Source: Tubiluchus corallicola
Taxonomy: Eukaryota > Animalia > Priapulida
Direction: 5' to 3'
Assembly (NCBI GenBank): GCA_030141605.1
Contig: JAQGDQ010001215.1
Coordinates: 1 to 54,616, forward strand
DNA length: 54,616 nucleotides
Positions 26,393-38,479 of this stretch are shown here, one piece after another. The notes under the pieces are model-generated. The model saw nothing but the letters and a program-made list of their open reading frames with translations, was not told the DNA's origin and ran no database searches. A program made the translations under genes and the position numbers. Each line of letters starts with the position of its first letter. Position 1 is the stretch's first letter.

Positions 26393-27318
26393 GTGAGCAA
26401 CTTTTTGATTTTTTCCCACGGGGGACCAATAATAACACATTCTTACACTAGAGAGTTACGACAGGAAAAGGGTTAAGATTTTGACGAACAACCCAGTAAG
26501 TCCAATTTTGGGAACAAGTGAGGTAAAGTCTAATAAGCTTTTTCACAGTTTTGTTGTGCGCATGCGTAGTTGCTGTAGGTGAAAGGTTAAGTGTACCACA
26601 GCAACGCGTGTCATAACTACCACCGTCATGTGACACGTGTATAAGGCAAAGCTGTCTGCTGCATCAGTTCAGTAAGTTTAGTTGTTTTACTTGTTTGGGA
26701 ATAAGAAAAATGAACTAGGTGAGGTTCTATAACTAGCATTCGTCCCTTTTCTTGATTTCTATTACAATAGCATGGGCTGCGAGGCGTTGTCAAGTGAACA
26801 CAAATGCATTGTCTGGTACGCGCTTAACCTTTGACCTTCTCGCGATCATCGTCAATCGCTGGAACTGTGAAAAGGCTTATTTTGCCAAAAATTTCAAACA
26901 AACCTAGTAAATCCTCCGGAGCTTCTGTAAACAGCCTACCCCAACTGAACAGCCAGATAGGGGGTGTTCTGTAGAGCTTCACTGGCTTCATTGTCATTTG
27001 TGACCTTGGAACGAAAATCAATATTTCTATGTTTCATGTCAGAATTAGAAAAAGCAAATATTTCCCTTTAACTGGAGGAACGAAATTAAGACTACGGGGG
27101 GGGGGATACTATAGTTGTTACTGCAACCACAGAATTATTAACATCAGCAACAAAAACAGCAACAACTATAGCCACAACCACAACCATTGTCATCCCCCAC
27201 AAACCAAAAATAACCACCACCACCGCCACCGTCACCGCTGAAAAACAACAACTACAACAACGACCTTTCTACTATCCTTTATTTAATATCAATTGCTCAA
27301 TGTTTAAGTTTTTTGTAG

Positions 27319-27484
27319 AAAATATTCGGAGAGGCTACTGTAGATGGCGCCACGACACCGGTGGCGTACATGTGCTATGCCGAGTCGAAAAGTTTATCAA
27401 TGTGGAGAATAGAAGAAGTAGAAAAATGGATGAATAATGTGCTAAGTGGTGCAAAGCAAGTTATTGTGATTATTGATACAACAG
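27319..27484 (+). CDS. Small alpha/beta protein gene, coding exon 2
   Basis: Acceptor TTTTTTGTAG| and donor CAG|GTAAAT (phase 1). Encodes KIFGEATVDGATTPVAYMCYAESKSLSMWRIEEVEKWMNNVLSGAKQVIVIIDTT. Confidence 0.72.
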
Positions 27485-27589
27485 GTAAATATTCGGTGAG
27501 GCTACTGTAGATGGCGCTACGACACGGTAAATTAAACATTCCCGTGTGAAATGTGTTTAATACTAGTTCTAATATTTCTGTGCCTGCCC

Positions 27590-28053
27590 TCATTTCGCCA
27601 TTCGCTAGTTAGACGGGCACTAGCGCCTGCATTTTGAAAATGCATTGCACAAAAAACAGGTGCTGTACCTCTCAGTTCGGATGTATTAGTTTGTGACGGA
27701 TTGAACACGTTCGATATCTCATGCGTGAGCACAGCTGTAAATTTGAAATTTGAATTTTCATCTTAAAACTTGCCTAGTTTTAGTACAACACACTGAATAT
27801 CTTACAGTAACACTGTACTTCAATTTTCTCTTTCGCAAACACGTGCAACATGCTCGTGGACTATTTTTGCTGTTGAAAATCATGTTAGTTTGTGATGTCA
27901 TCAACAGTTGGGCTCCACCACCGTTAATTACGTTTTTAATCTATTATTTAATTATGAGAAACGCTTTTGCACCATTAATTGTGTTAAAATGTATACTTTT
28001 TATCAGACTTATAAATGGGGTAGTGTATGAAAAATCATCCCGTCCACCTTTAA
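27590..28053. mobile_element. Copy of the ~450-bp dispersed repeat in intron 2 of the small gene
   Basis: Homologous to 6720-7190; ends CCACCT|TTAA. Confidence 0.7.
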
Positions 28054-28074
28054 ACAAATTTTAACTATGTTTAG

Positions 28075-28214
28075 GTGCTACAGATGTCACCACTGATCCT
28101 CGTATTATAAATAAGCTGTACCCAGACAATCTCTACCTCGGTGTATGGATACGATCTCCAGACTTTCAACGATCCTTTAATGAATTCAGGAAAACGTTCG
28201 GGAAAGGGAAAAAG
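28075..28214 (+). CDS. Small alpha/beta protein gene, coding exon 3
   Basis: Acceptor TGTTTAG|GT (phase 1, compatible) and donor AAG|GTATGC (phase 0). Encodes GATDVTTDPRIINKLYPDNLYLGVWIRSPDFQRSFNEFRKTFGKGKK. Confidence 0.75.
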
Positions 28215-28372
28215 GTATGCAAACATTATTTATAATGGAGAGCCACATCGTGTCATAATTTTAAAATTATTAATGTTTCCTAAATTAAACTGATAACATT
28301 AATGCCCACCAGTGTCTAAAAATCTTTTTATCTATATTCTGTAAGGGATAGCAGACTAGGTGACTTTATAGT

Positions 28373-28990
28373 CCTTTCGCTATCCTTTCTCTAGTTCTAG
28401 ATCTATCTATATGTTTTAACCGGTCTTCAAAACTTATTACCGATTCTTTAATTAATCATGTTTTATTGTAGTATTATAAAGAGATAAATAAATTCAAATT
28501 GAATGGAATTGATTGAATTGAATTGAATTGCCTTTTCGCTATCCTTTCTCTAGTTCTAGATCTATCTATTCATTTTAACCGTTCTTCAAAACTTATAAGC
28601 GATTCTTTAATTAACCATGTTTTATTGTAGCATTATAAAGAGATAAATAAAGTAAAACTGAATTGAGTTGAGTTGAATTGAATTGTCTTTTCGCTATCCT
28701 TTCTCTAGTTCTAGATCTTTCTATACATTTTAACCGTTCTTCAAAACTTATTAGCGATTCTTTTATTAATCATGTTTTATTGTAGTTATATTAGAAAGCG
28801 ATAAATAAATTAAAATTGAATGGAATTGAGTGAATTGAATTGAATTGTCTTTTCGCTATCCTTTCTCTAGTTCTAGATCTATCTATTCATTTTAACCGTT
28901 CTTCAAAACTTATAAGCGATTCTTTAATTAACCATGTTTTATTGTAGTTATATTAGAAAGCGATAAATAAATTAAAATTGAATTGAATAG
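28373..28990. repeat. About 158-bp tandem repeat, 4 copies, each ending AATAAA-(TTGAA)n
   Basis: Units start near 28373, 28530, 28687 and 28848. Confidence 0.9.
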
Positions 28991-29298
28991 TTTTGCTGTC
29001 GAGAACTGTGAAAAGGTTTATTACTGAAACACTTTTATGATACTATCGAAATGTGTTTCTCAATTGCAAACAAAAAACAAGAATTCATTCCTAATTCCAA
29101 TCGATCGCAGAATTAGTTATTCATCCAAACCCTCCCCAAATCCTCCTGAGTTAAAACAGCATGATGTACTTATTTTACATTATCGTGTCATAACATACAA
29201 TCTGTAAACGAAAATATATAAGTGTTAGGTGACGTCACAACATGTTACAATTCAATATTTAATCATGGGAACTTCTATCCTGACACCTACAGTGTCTT

Positions 29299-29600
29299 TA
29301 TTAAGTTTAGAGGTAGCTTTGCCTCTTAACGTGGGGAAAGACTTTACTTCCCTTTAACTACAGTTTGTACATATTAAGTTTAGAGATAGCTTTGCCTCTT
29401 AACGTGGGGAAACTTTACTTCCCTTTAACTACAGTTAGTACATATTAAGTTTAGAGATAGCTTTGCCTCTTAACGTGGGGAAACTTTACTTCCCTTTAAC
29501 TACAGTTAGTACATATTAAATTTAGAGATAGCTTTGCCTCTTAACGTGGGGAAACGTTACTTCCCTTTAACTACAGCTTGTACGTATTAAGTTTAGAGAT
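29299..29600. repeat. 71-bp minisatellite, about 4 copies
   Basis: TTAAGTTTAGAGATAGCTTTGCCTCTTAACGTGGGGAAACTTTACTTCCCTTTAACTACAGTTAGTACATA. Confidence 0.9.
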
Positions 29601-29965
29601 TAACTATGTAACAAGAATAACAAAGTTAATACTATTTAAGGTGCTTGGTGTTTGAGATAAAACAGAAATTTGAGTGTTCACAGAATTATCTAGGGTACGG
29701 TTCCCGTGCAGGAACAAACGTACAAGTTCATTTGATGCAAGACTGTAAACATTGATGTTAAAAGCTGACAAAAGAGTGCAGAGATTTACAAATAAGTCAT
29801 GTCTGTTGGCCTGGTGGTCAAAACCTCTTTACCTTTTTAAAGTTTTATTCATATTTTGTTTGAGTTTAAAACTTTTTCTAAGTACCTAAGAAACTTTTCT
29901 ACGCTTTATCCTATCCTAATTTCGATCCCATGACCCAATATAATTTAACAATTTTGCATTTTCAG

Positions 29966-30106
29966 ATTCACATGGTTGAGCAAGAGGAGTTTGCTGACGA
30001 ACTAAAAGAACTGCTAGAAGATAAGAACGTCATGTTCCCCTCAGATTTAATCAATAGACTTACTGAGCAGGTTAAACTCAACGCACAAATGGAAGAATCA
30101 AGATAG
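29966..30106 (+). CDS. Small alpha/beta protein gene, last coding exon (156 aa total)
   Basis: Acceptor TTTTGCATTTTCAG| (phase 0). Encodes IHMVEQEEFADELKELLEDKNVMFPSDLINRLTEQVKLNAQMEESR*. AATAAA at 30274-30279. Confidence 0.75.
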   Translation: MHMVEQEEFADELKELLEDKNVMFPSDLINRLTEQVKLNAQMEESR

Positions 30107-30292
30107 CCTAACGACAATCAGCTTCCAGGAATGAGGGGAATGGATCAATCCGAAGCCAGCCAAACTTAGCTCAAGAATTATTGTTACCTTGGAAGTGCTA
30201 ATAGTGCCATGGCAGAACAACCTGCTGCTGTACAGATCAAAATTTTAAAGTTTAACGCACTCTGTCATGTCAGAATAAACTGTAAACACACG

Positions 30293-30488
30293 CAGGGCCT
30301 ATTTCAGCCTAAGCGAGGCCGGGGGAAGTGGGGCGTGTGAGGCCCCCTCAACATTTTTGAAATGCTAGAACGCCGGAGAAGCATTTTCGAAGAGAAAGTA
30401 TGGAGTTATACAGTTGTTAAAGGAAAGAACAATTAAAAGAAAAACTGCTTTATTCTCAAGACCAGTTCTTAATACTTGTCAATACTGG

Positions 30489-30542
<54 letters not shown>

Positions 30543-30649
30543 CAGTATGTTCGCATGAAGCAAAACAAATGTTACCTTGGCGCGAGGTCCCCCAGGAAAG
30601 TGAGGCCCTGGGAAAGTATCCCCACTCCCCCCCCCTGAAATAGGCCCTG
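30293..30649. mobile_element. hAT-superfamily MITE (357 bp)
   Basis: Perfect 15-bp TIR CAGGGCCTATTTCAG / CTGAAATAGGCCCTG and 8-bp TSD AACACACG on both sides (30285-30292, 30650-30657); internal (GA)n. Confidence 0.92.
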
Positions 30650-31329
30650 AACACACGACAATAGCAACAGTCATCTAGTAAATCATGGGAATATGAAAGA
30701 AAATATCAAAAATGTCATAAATTAATCTTGACTGTGATTGTCAGAATTTTTATAAACCACTTCAACTCTGTATGATTAAGTGGCAGCCAACGTTTCCCTG
30801 TTTCACCGTTTCCGCCATTTTGAAAAACATTCCACCAAAGATTCGAGTAAAAATTTTCACTTAGTGTCTCTAGTATTGTGATTATTTCGTGCCCCACATT
30901 GATAGTTGACTGGTAGCGCAAATCGATAATCAATAATCAATAAATGTATATTTGTTTCCCGAAGATGACTCCTAGTTTGCAGTAGAAATCTTGGATTTTC
31001 CCAATAAAAGCAAAATAAAAAATTTATTATATAGCGGATTGTTTAAGAAAACGGATATTGTTCACGTTCTAAACAATTTAAAAAAATATTTTGTTCCCAT
31101 TGTTTATATTCGTTTCTGACAATCACTCTTGGCCCACCATTGTCTTCTTTATCTCGGCGGCAGCCTTCTCTGCTACCATGACAACTACAGCATGTGTACC
31201 TGCGGATACGGTTGCCGGGGCAACTGATGCATCTACTACAAGTATGCCATCTAGGCCCAGGATTCTGTAACAAAGGTTTTCTTACATTCACAGGCAGTGC
31301 AATTTTCAGGCGCATTGATTAATTAACTT

Positions 31330-31610
31330 ACTTGGCTGGCTGGCTGCCTATTTGACTGACTGACTTTCTTACTTACTGACTGATTGTTTCACCAAGTGAG
31401 TGATTAAATAAGTTGTTGACATACTGACTAATTAACTGACTGCCTGGCTAGCTGTGTGGTGAATATTCGATAACAGATGAATGCATGAATGACAGACTGA
31501 CATACTGACATACTGACTGACTGACTGACTGACTGACTGACCGATTAATTACTTCTGAGTGACTCACCAGCTGACTGACTGACTGACTAACTACAAGTCA
31601 GCCCGACTAA
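31330..31610. repeat. Degenerate (GACT)n microsatellite
   Basis: Direct. Confidence 0.8.
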
Positions 31611-33213
31611 ATGATTAGTTGGCAAAATTCTAGGGTGTACACCAAACTTACAATGATTACATGATATCTTTACAAATTTGTCCTTTTAAAAGCACAATAG
31701 AGACTCATAAGTTAGTAAATTTGTACCAATGACACAACCCTTTTGTACCAACGTACAGTACAGCTTACACAAAACAAAAAAGGCTTTACTGCTAAGTAGT
31801 GTGTAACTAGTTGTTACAAGAGAAACATCCGTACTACCACTTTCACTGTTTCGCTACATAGACGCTGGTTCAGAAATAGCACTGCCTATTCGAAACTAAG
31901 AGTGAAATTTCTAGGTCAAAACAATTTTGTTGCTCGCAGCATGTTGAAAGTCGCCAGCTATAGTTTACCTTCGTTCGTCTGTACAGCGTGTTTCGGGTTG
32001 TAGAAGTAATTCAGATCGCCGCCGATAGATGGCGCAATCGCTTTTTGCCCGGTCTATGAAATGTTCTTCTGGTTTGCAAATTATACCGCGTAGTCTTCTC
32101 TGGGGGTGGGGCGTGGGGAGTGGGGTAAAACAACAAATAATGGTACGGATTGACCTGTTACATGAAGGTACTACCGATGTATTAGTGAATTAGTCATACT
32201 GTCAAATTTTAATGTGGAAATGACGTGGGTTTTGCCAGCTCGTAATCTTGGGGAGTAGACCTAGATAGGTTTGAGCAGTGAGTTGAAGAAGTCATGATCC
32301 CTCAACATGATCACTCAACAAGATCCCTCGACAAATTTTGCAAATGTCTCACAAGCTTATCCATCTGAATGCTGATCAATGTAATGCTTCTAAGCGGCCA
32401 TTTTGTCCTTCAAGAAAGTTTTTTTACAACATAATAGATTCGCCATTCAACAATCTTTTGTACAGCAATAATTTTTTGTACCGTGAGATGGTTTTGTGTT
32501 TATGTCAAGATACATGTGTATATTACCTCTATGCTATGTTTATTTTAGATAAGATTCTACTTGTAAAAGTGTGCTTTAGTTTTTTTTAGATGGGCGTATT
32601 TTGTTGTAGCTAATATCGTTTTTTACTTTATTAGTTTTTATTCACTCCTACTGCACCGTAAATGACTATAAAAAGCTTTAGCACGAAGCGAGTCAACGTC
32701 AAGCTCTGAACAGAATAAGACCTCCAAGAATGACAAATCAGGAGCCAATAACCAGTTTGTTCAATTCAACTGAGGTTTATTTGTCTTGCGCAATTGAAAT
32801 TTTTTTTTGATGATATATGCTAATATGATGGATAAATCTATGTCATAAATTTTTTTTCATACACACGTTTGAGTAGTGAGTTCGCACTTAAAACTAAGTT
32901 TTTAAAAAATCGTTTTTCGTCTTTTGGTTTTAACAAACTTTGTATCAGCTTTACGCTGTAGCAACGGCACGGATTCTGTGCATTACTTTAGTTGCTTCAA
33001 TTATTTATTATTAATAGAGTTCTATTATTCCAGCTTTTTTATAAAAAAATGCTGTAGATTTAAATGTTAAAAATCCAAGACGCAGTGTATTTCTCTTTGA
33101 TTTAAAGACGTTCATTTATAAGAATGTCAGTTTAAATAATCTCAGTCAGTGATTTCAAATTATAAATGCTGTGGAATTATCCAAAAACTGCATTACGCCT
33201 GCTGAAGTATAAA

Positions 33214-33448
33214 TGTAGTTAATCTTACTTACATATTCGTGCACGAGGCGCCATCTGTGGCGGGAATGTAAAGCTTTTGGTTTTGGTCAGTTTTTCACCT
33301 GCTAGCCACCTGTCTGTTTTACTCACCTGTGTTCTGAACAGTCAGGTTAATCCACTTTATGGGATCTGTGGGACATTTATGTGCTGATTATGTTACAATA
33401 AAGCATTCAGTGATATTAACCTCTATTGACAGTGTTTTTATGACTACA
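33214..33448 (+). mobile_element. Solo LTR, copy 1
   Basis: TGTAGT...ACTACA termini; 5-bp TSD ATAAA on both sides; internal AATAAA; homologous to 35239-35492. Confidence 0.85.
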
Positions 33449-35238
33449 ATAAAGTGCTAATAAAATGTTGTTCATTAAGTAACAGCATGTAGTACGATAT
33501 GTTTAACTCTTATTTCAAAATTTGATTTTTTTTCATTAAAGTTGCACCAGTTTGCTAAATATCCAACAATAATTTAAATAATAATTTAATTTAAATTAAA
33601 ATTTAAACAGGTTATTAAATTGGTTATTGTGAGTTATTTAACAAATTGATGTCGTCCTTGCTAAGTTGCTACATTAAGAATTAGACAACTGCATACAGTG
33701 TATGTCAGTCATGTTCTTTGGCTTTTACGATTGTTTCTTAACTTTTATTTCACAACGATGACTTTTCTCTTCAGCACATAGACGCAAAAAACTACAGATT
33801 TTTGAACTTTTTCGATGATCTGTTTCCATCCTAGGGATGAACTCAAGGCCATGTGTTATCTTCATACCAGGCCAGAAAGCAAGAGCTGCAAAGCTTTATA
33901 AAGAATACATGCTTCTCCGGAGCAGTATTTACTCCATGTACTCCATGCCGGCGTCCGGACAGAAAACCGGAAGTGCTCCTGCCAAAAAGCTGCCTCCACG
34001 AGAAGTTATTGAGAAGGAGAGCATCCGCTCTCATGTTGGCACACCTGTAATTCTCTAATTAAATCCAGAAAATTGTCAAATTAGAGGTCAAAGAAAACCT
34101 ATTTATCAGGTGAAGCGGTAGCAAGTTTTAAATGCATAGGTTAAAGACAAAATTGTGCAGAGAATTTGACTCAAAATTTGTGATACATGCCCTGCTTGTT
34201 TTTGTTATAGTTTAGAATTTTATGTATCATTTTTGGAAATAAAAAGTACATTGTTATGTTGATTGTTTACGCTAAATGTGTTTCCGTGTTTCTAAATCAG
34301 TACTCCTAAGGTCGACCATAGTGTGAATTATTTAATTTATCTATATATTTTACTTTTCATTGAATAAGTTTTTCGTAATTTTATAAAGAAACTAAAACAT
34401 GAGAATGTTGTCACGTGTAGTTTCCAAAAATATTACTTCAACTGAAGCGCAAAAGGCCATGAATGTTCACGAAATGAATTTTTGTTTTAGTAACTATATT
34501 TGCCGCTAACAGATGGCAGCACGATAACGAAAGCCATGCAAGAACGTGAGGTATCTTATAAGCCGGCAGCGTAGTAGATAAACAACAGGAAATGTTAGAC
34601 TGTCACGTGTATGTGCTTAACTATATGATGATTTTAATGCTTTGTGTCCATCTGCCTAATGCAACCAAATGAAGAAATTACAATTAAATATTAAGTGCAC
34701 AACGTAATTAACGTAACCATCCGACATATTTAAAGAGGAACGCAAACTAACTGAAGATCAAATTTCTAATCTCCGGCCGTGGATATTCGAAATTAATAAT
34801 TGTCATTTCTGTCTGTTTATTGTTTTGTTTTCCCGTTGTATAATTTTGTGTTTTATTATATTCATGTATGTATTGTAAATATGTAACTAATTGTATTTGT
34901 AAATATACGACAACAATGGCGGCCGGCAGCGGAGGTAGGACTACAGGTAGTTGTTCGTACGGTGGAAGAGGTTATACTGCAAAAGACAAAAGAACAACAT
35001 TGAAGATCAAAACACTACTTGAATAAACGCGCATTGTTGCTAGCTGAGGGTCTCAGGTCGAGGGCACTATGCTCACACTCACTCACAATTGGATATTTGA
35101 AACTGGTTTAATTTACTGTCAGAGAAAGATTGAAACCAAACCTGTTTGAAATGCCACAAACTTGGCTTTAGTTAACAAAATTTCATTCACAATCGAATAT
35201 CTAGTGCTTAAATAAAGTCTAAAAGCATAGAAGGATTG

Positions 35239-35492
35239 TGTAGCAGACTTAGCCTTTTTTTGTTAATCTTACTTACAAATTCGTGCACGAGGCGCCATCT
35301 GTGGCGGGAATGTAAAGGTTTTGGTTTTGGTCAGTTTTTCACCTGCTAGTCACCTGTCTGTTTTACTCACCTGTGTTCTGAACTGTCAGGTTAATCCACT
35401 TTATGGGATGTGTTGGACATTTATGTACTGATTATGTCACAATAAAATATTCAGTGGTATTAACCTCTGTTGACATTGTTTCTGTGACTACA
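35239..35492 (+). mobile_element. Solo LTR, copy 2 (same family)
   Basis: TGTAG...CTACA termini; 5-bp TSD GATTG on both sides (35234-35238, 35493-35497). Confidence 0.88.
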
Positions 35493-36157
35493 GATTGAAT
35501 TTGTAGAGAGTTTAAAGTATATTAGACTGAAGTTAGTGTAGACTATTGTAGACTGACTCAATCTGGTGGTTAAAATAGGCCAAGGCCACAACCTGGATTA
35601 AACTTCGACTCCAGTTCCATGATAATTTTAAATGTAGGTGGCAGCACACATTATTGTAGTAGTTTAAGAATCGCAAATAAAATGTGTGGCAAGTGCACCC
35701 TGGGACAGCTAACCCGTGTCGTTTTACCAGCTTGTGCGAACATTTTAAATTATTAATAATATAATATATTAATTCATATTTTTGTAAGAACAAAAAAGGG
35801 AGCAAACAAACTAAGCAAAAGTAAAATTAAAACAAGAAACATAAGCAAGTAATCAAGCAAATGAGCAAGCAAGCAAACATTAAAAACAGGTAGTTAAGCA
35901 AGTAAACAAGCGAATGAACAAACTAGCAACCCAGTAAGCAAAAAACTAAATAAAGCAAATAAGCAAACGAAACAGCAAAAAGTCAGTGAGCAAAGAATTA
36001 AACAAACGAGAAAGCAAGCGTGAAAACAGCAAACAAAACCTACCACCTCCACCCATTTTCACAACATGCAATACTAAGTCATTGTTTACTTTTTTATTAT
36101 CAAATGTTTTAGCCGTAAACGTGTAATAATCGCTCGTTTTTTAATATGAATCATATG

Positions 36158-36935
36158 AAAAACTGACTCAATAACTGCTTGTGGTGTGTTATTAAATGCG
36201 TTGTTAAAATGTTGTTGAAAAGCTGACTCAGTAACTGCTTGTGGTGTGTCATTAAATGCGTTGTTAAAATGTTGTTGAAAAGCTGACCCAGCAACGGCCT
36301 GTGGTGTGTTATTAAATGCGTTGTTAAAATGTCGTTGAAAAGCTGACCCAGCAACTGCTTGTGGTGTGTCATTAAATGCGTTGTTAAAATGTTGTTGAAA
36401 AGCTGACCCAGCAACGGCCTGTGGTGTGTTATTAAATGCGTTGTTAAAATGTTGTTGAAAAGCTGACCCAGTAACTGCTTGTGGTGTGTTATTAAATGCG
36501 TTGTTAAAATGTTGTTGAAAAGCTGACCCAGTAACTGCTTGTGGTGTGTCATTAAATGCGTTGTTAAAATGTTGTTGAAAAGCTGACCCAGTAACTGCTT
36601 GTGGTGTGTTATTAAATGCGTTGTTAAAATGTCGTTGAAAAGCTGACCCAGTAACTGCTTGTGGTGTGTCATTAAATGCGTTGTTAAAATGTTGTTGAAA
36701 AGCTGACCCAGTAACTGCTTGTGGTGTGTCATTAAATGCGTTGTTAAAATGTTGTTGAAAAGCTGACCCAGCAACTGCTTGTGGTGTGTTATTAAATGCG
36801 TTGTTAAAATGTTGTTGAAAAGCTGACCCAGTAACTGCTTGTGGTGTGTTATTAAATGCGTTGTTAAAATGTTGTTGAAAAGCTGACCCAGTAACTGCTT
36901 GTGGTGTGTTATTAAATGCGTTGTTAAAATGTTGT
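36158..36935. repeat. 60-bp minisatellite, about 13 copies
   Basis: AAAAGCTGACCCAGTAACTGCTTGTGGTGTGTTATTAAATGCGTTGTTAAAATGTTGTTG; explains ORF 36151-36975. Confidence 0.95.
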
Positions 36936-37479
36936 GTGTTCTCGTTAATAGGACGTTTTTCCTGTAATTATACATTCAGTTTAAACATCATTTATGGGAG
37001 TATACAAGCAGAATAAAAATATCTGATTTGTTTAAATACAAAAATTGTTTATTTACAATACACAATATACGCAATAAAGAATATTTACAGCACAAAGAAT
37101 TTATGGAATGTATATAATTCAGAAGGTTTATCAAAAGTAATTTACGAATTATGGTGGGGGCGGTTACCAAAATCGGTTGTAAAAAATCGTGACCCTACAA
37201 GGGTTAAGCAAAACGTACCATTTCATGATCAAACCAACTATAGATAAACAAATAGGTGCCTAGCATTAAAAAATATAAAAAGTTCTTATCTAGACACAGT
37301 TAACTTATAAATTCTTGACACACATACTAACATTACATGGGTAAACACAAAAACACTGAAAATAGTGGTTACACTACGAGGAATCTTATTTTCGCGTGTT
37401 AGCTAGGCAACATGTGACCCGGCCACATTTCTATACAAAAATCATTAATGCAATTTCACACGAATCAAGACTTAAACAA

Positions 37480-37830
37480 CTCATATCATTTTATTAAGCA
37501 ATTTATTTACAATGGAGAAAAAAGTCAAAAAACTCCAATTTGTATCATTTCATTAAGCAATATTCAAACAATTCATATAATTTCATTAAACAATTTATTT
37601 ACAATGGAGAAAAAAGTAAAAAAACTCCAATTTGTATCATTTCATTAAGCAATATTCAAACAATTCATATCATTTCATTAAGCAATTTATTTACAATAGA
37701 GAAAAAAGTAAAAAAACTCCAATTTGTATCATTTCATTAAGCAATATTCAAACAATTCATATCATTTACAATGGAGAAAAAAGTAAAAAAAAACTCCAAT
37801 TTGTATCATTTCATCAAACAATATTCAAAA
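37480..37830. repeat. 92-bp tandem repeat, about 3.7 copies
   Basis: TTTACAATGGAGAAAAAAGTAAAAAAACTCCAATTTGTATCATTTCATTAAGCAATATTCAAACAATTCATATC... recurs. Confidence 0.85.
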
Positions 37831-38479
37831 AAATTCTGTATTTACATATTTACATAATTCTGCAGTTATAACAGTGGTTATACTATGAGTTAAGCTGCTA
37901 TATTATGTACTTATGAAGGCTCGGTAACTGGACCCACGGAGGACTCCGTATTTTTGTTATGATCATTATTATGTTCATTAAAATATATGTAGAAAAAATG
38001 TTCAAAACGTTCCAAATATGTTCAACTGAACATTTCTTTGATGTTCAAAAACAAGAGAACAAGTTAAAGTTGATTCAAGACAACTTCTCCTGTTATGAGC
38101 AAAAATATTCATTTTAATGTCAGCAACAAGCTAAAACTGATTCAACGCAGTTTCTCTTTGGAGGTTATAAGCAAAAATATTTATTTCAATGTTGGCACGT
38201 TAAAAGCCAATGCAAGACAGCTTTGTACTGTGAGGATGTGCCAAGTCAAAAGCCAGTGCAAGATGACCCAAACTTCTCTCCTTAAGCTTGGAGAATTACG
38301 TTTCAATTTGAACGTTAATTGCTATTTGCAATTTAGAGCTTCAGCATCATCAGCGGATACATTACAGTTTCTCGGATTTTTTAATATAAAAATATAAAAG
38401 TGCTTACATATTTAGCATAATATTTAAAGTTGACATTCAACACAAATTTTCTGCAGTGCATTGTATTCTAAAGTGCAAT

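Noticed and set aside
31100-31315. GC-richer island with short ORFs on both strands
   Set aside because: No convincing splice sites or recognisable motif.
33775-34058. GC-richer segment with short ORFs between the two LTRs, as an LTR internal region or exon
   Set aside because: The LTRs have separate TSDs; there are no gag/pol motifs or partner exons, and the ORFs are short and overlap in several frames.
36151-36975. 274-aa repeat ORF
   Set aside because: Translation of the 60-bp minisatellite with no splice or domain support.
35709-37207. piggyBac-like element (TAACCCGTGT ... ACAAGGGTTAA) enclosing the 60-bp array
   Set aside because: The left end lacks an intact TTAA and the TIR match is too short to support.
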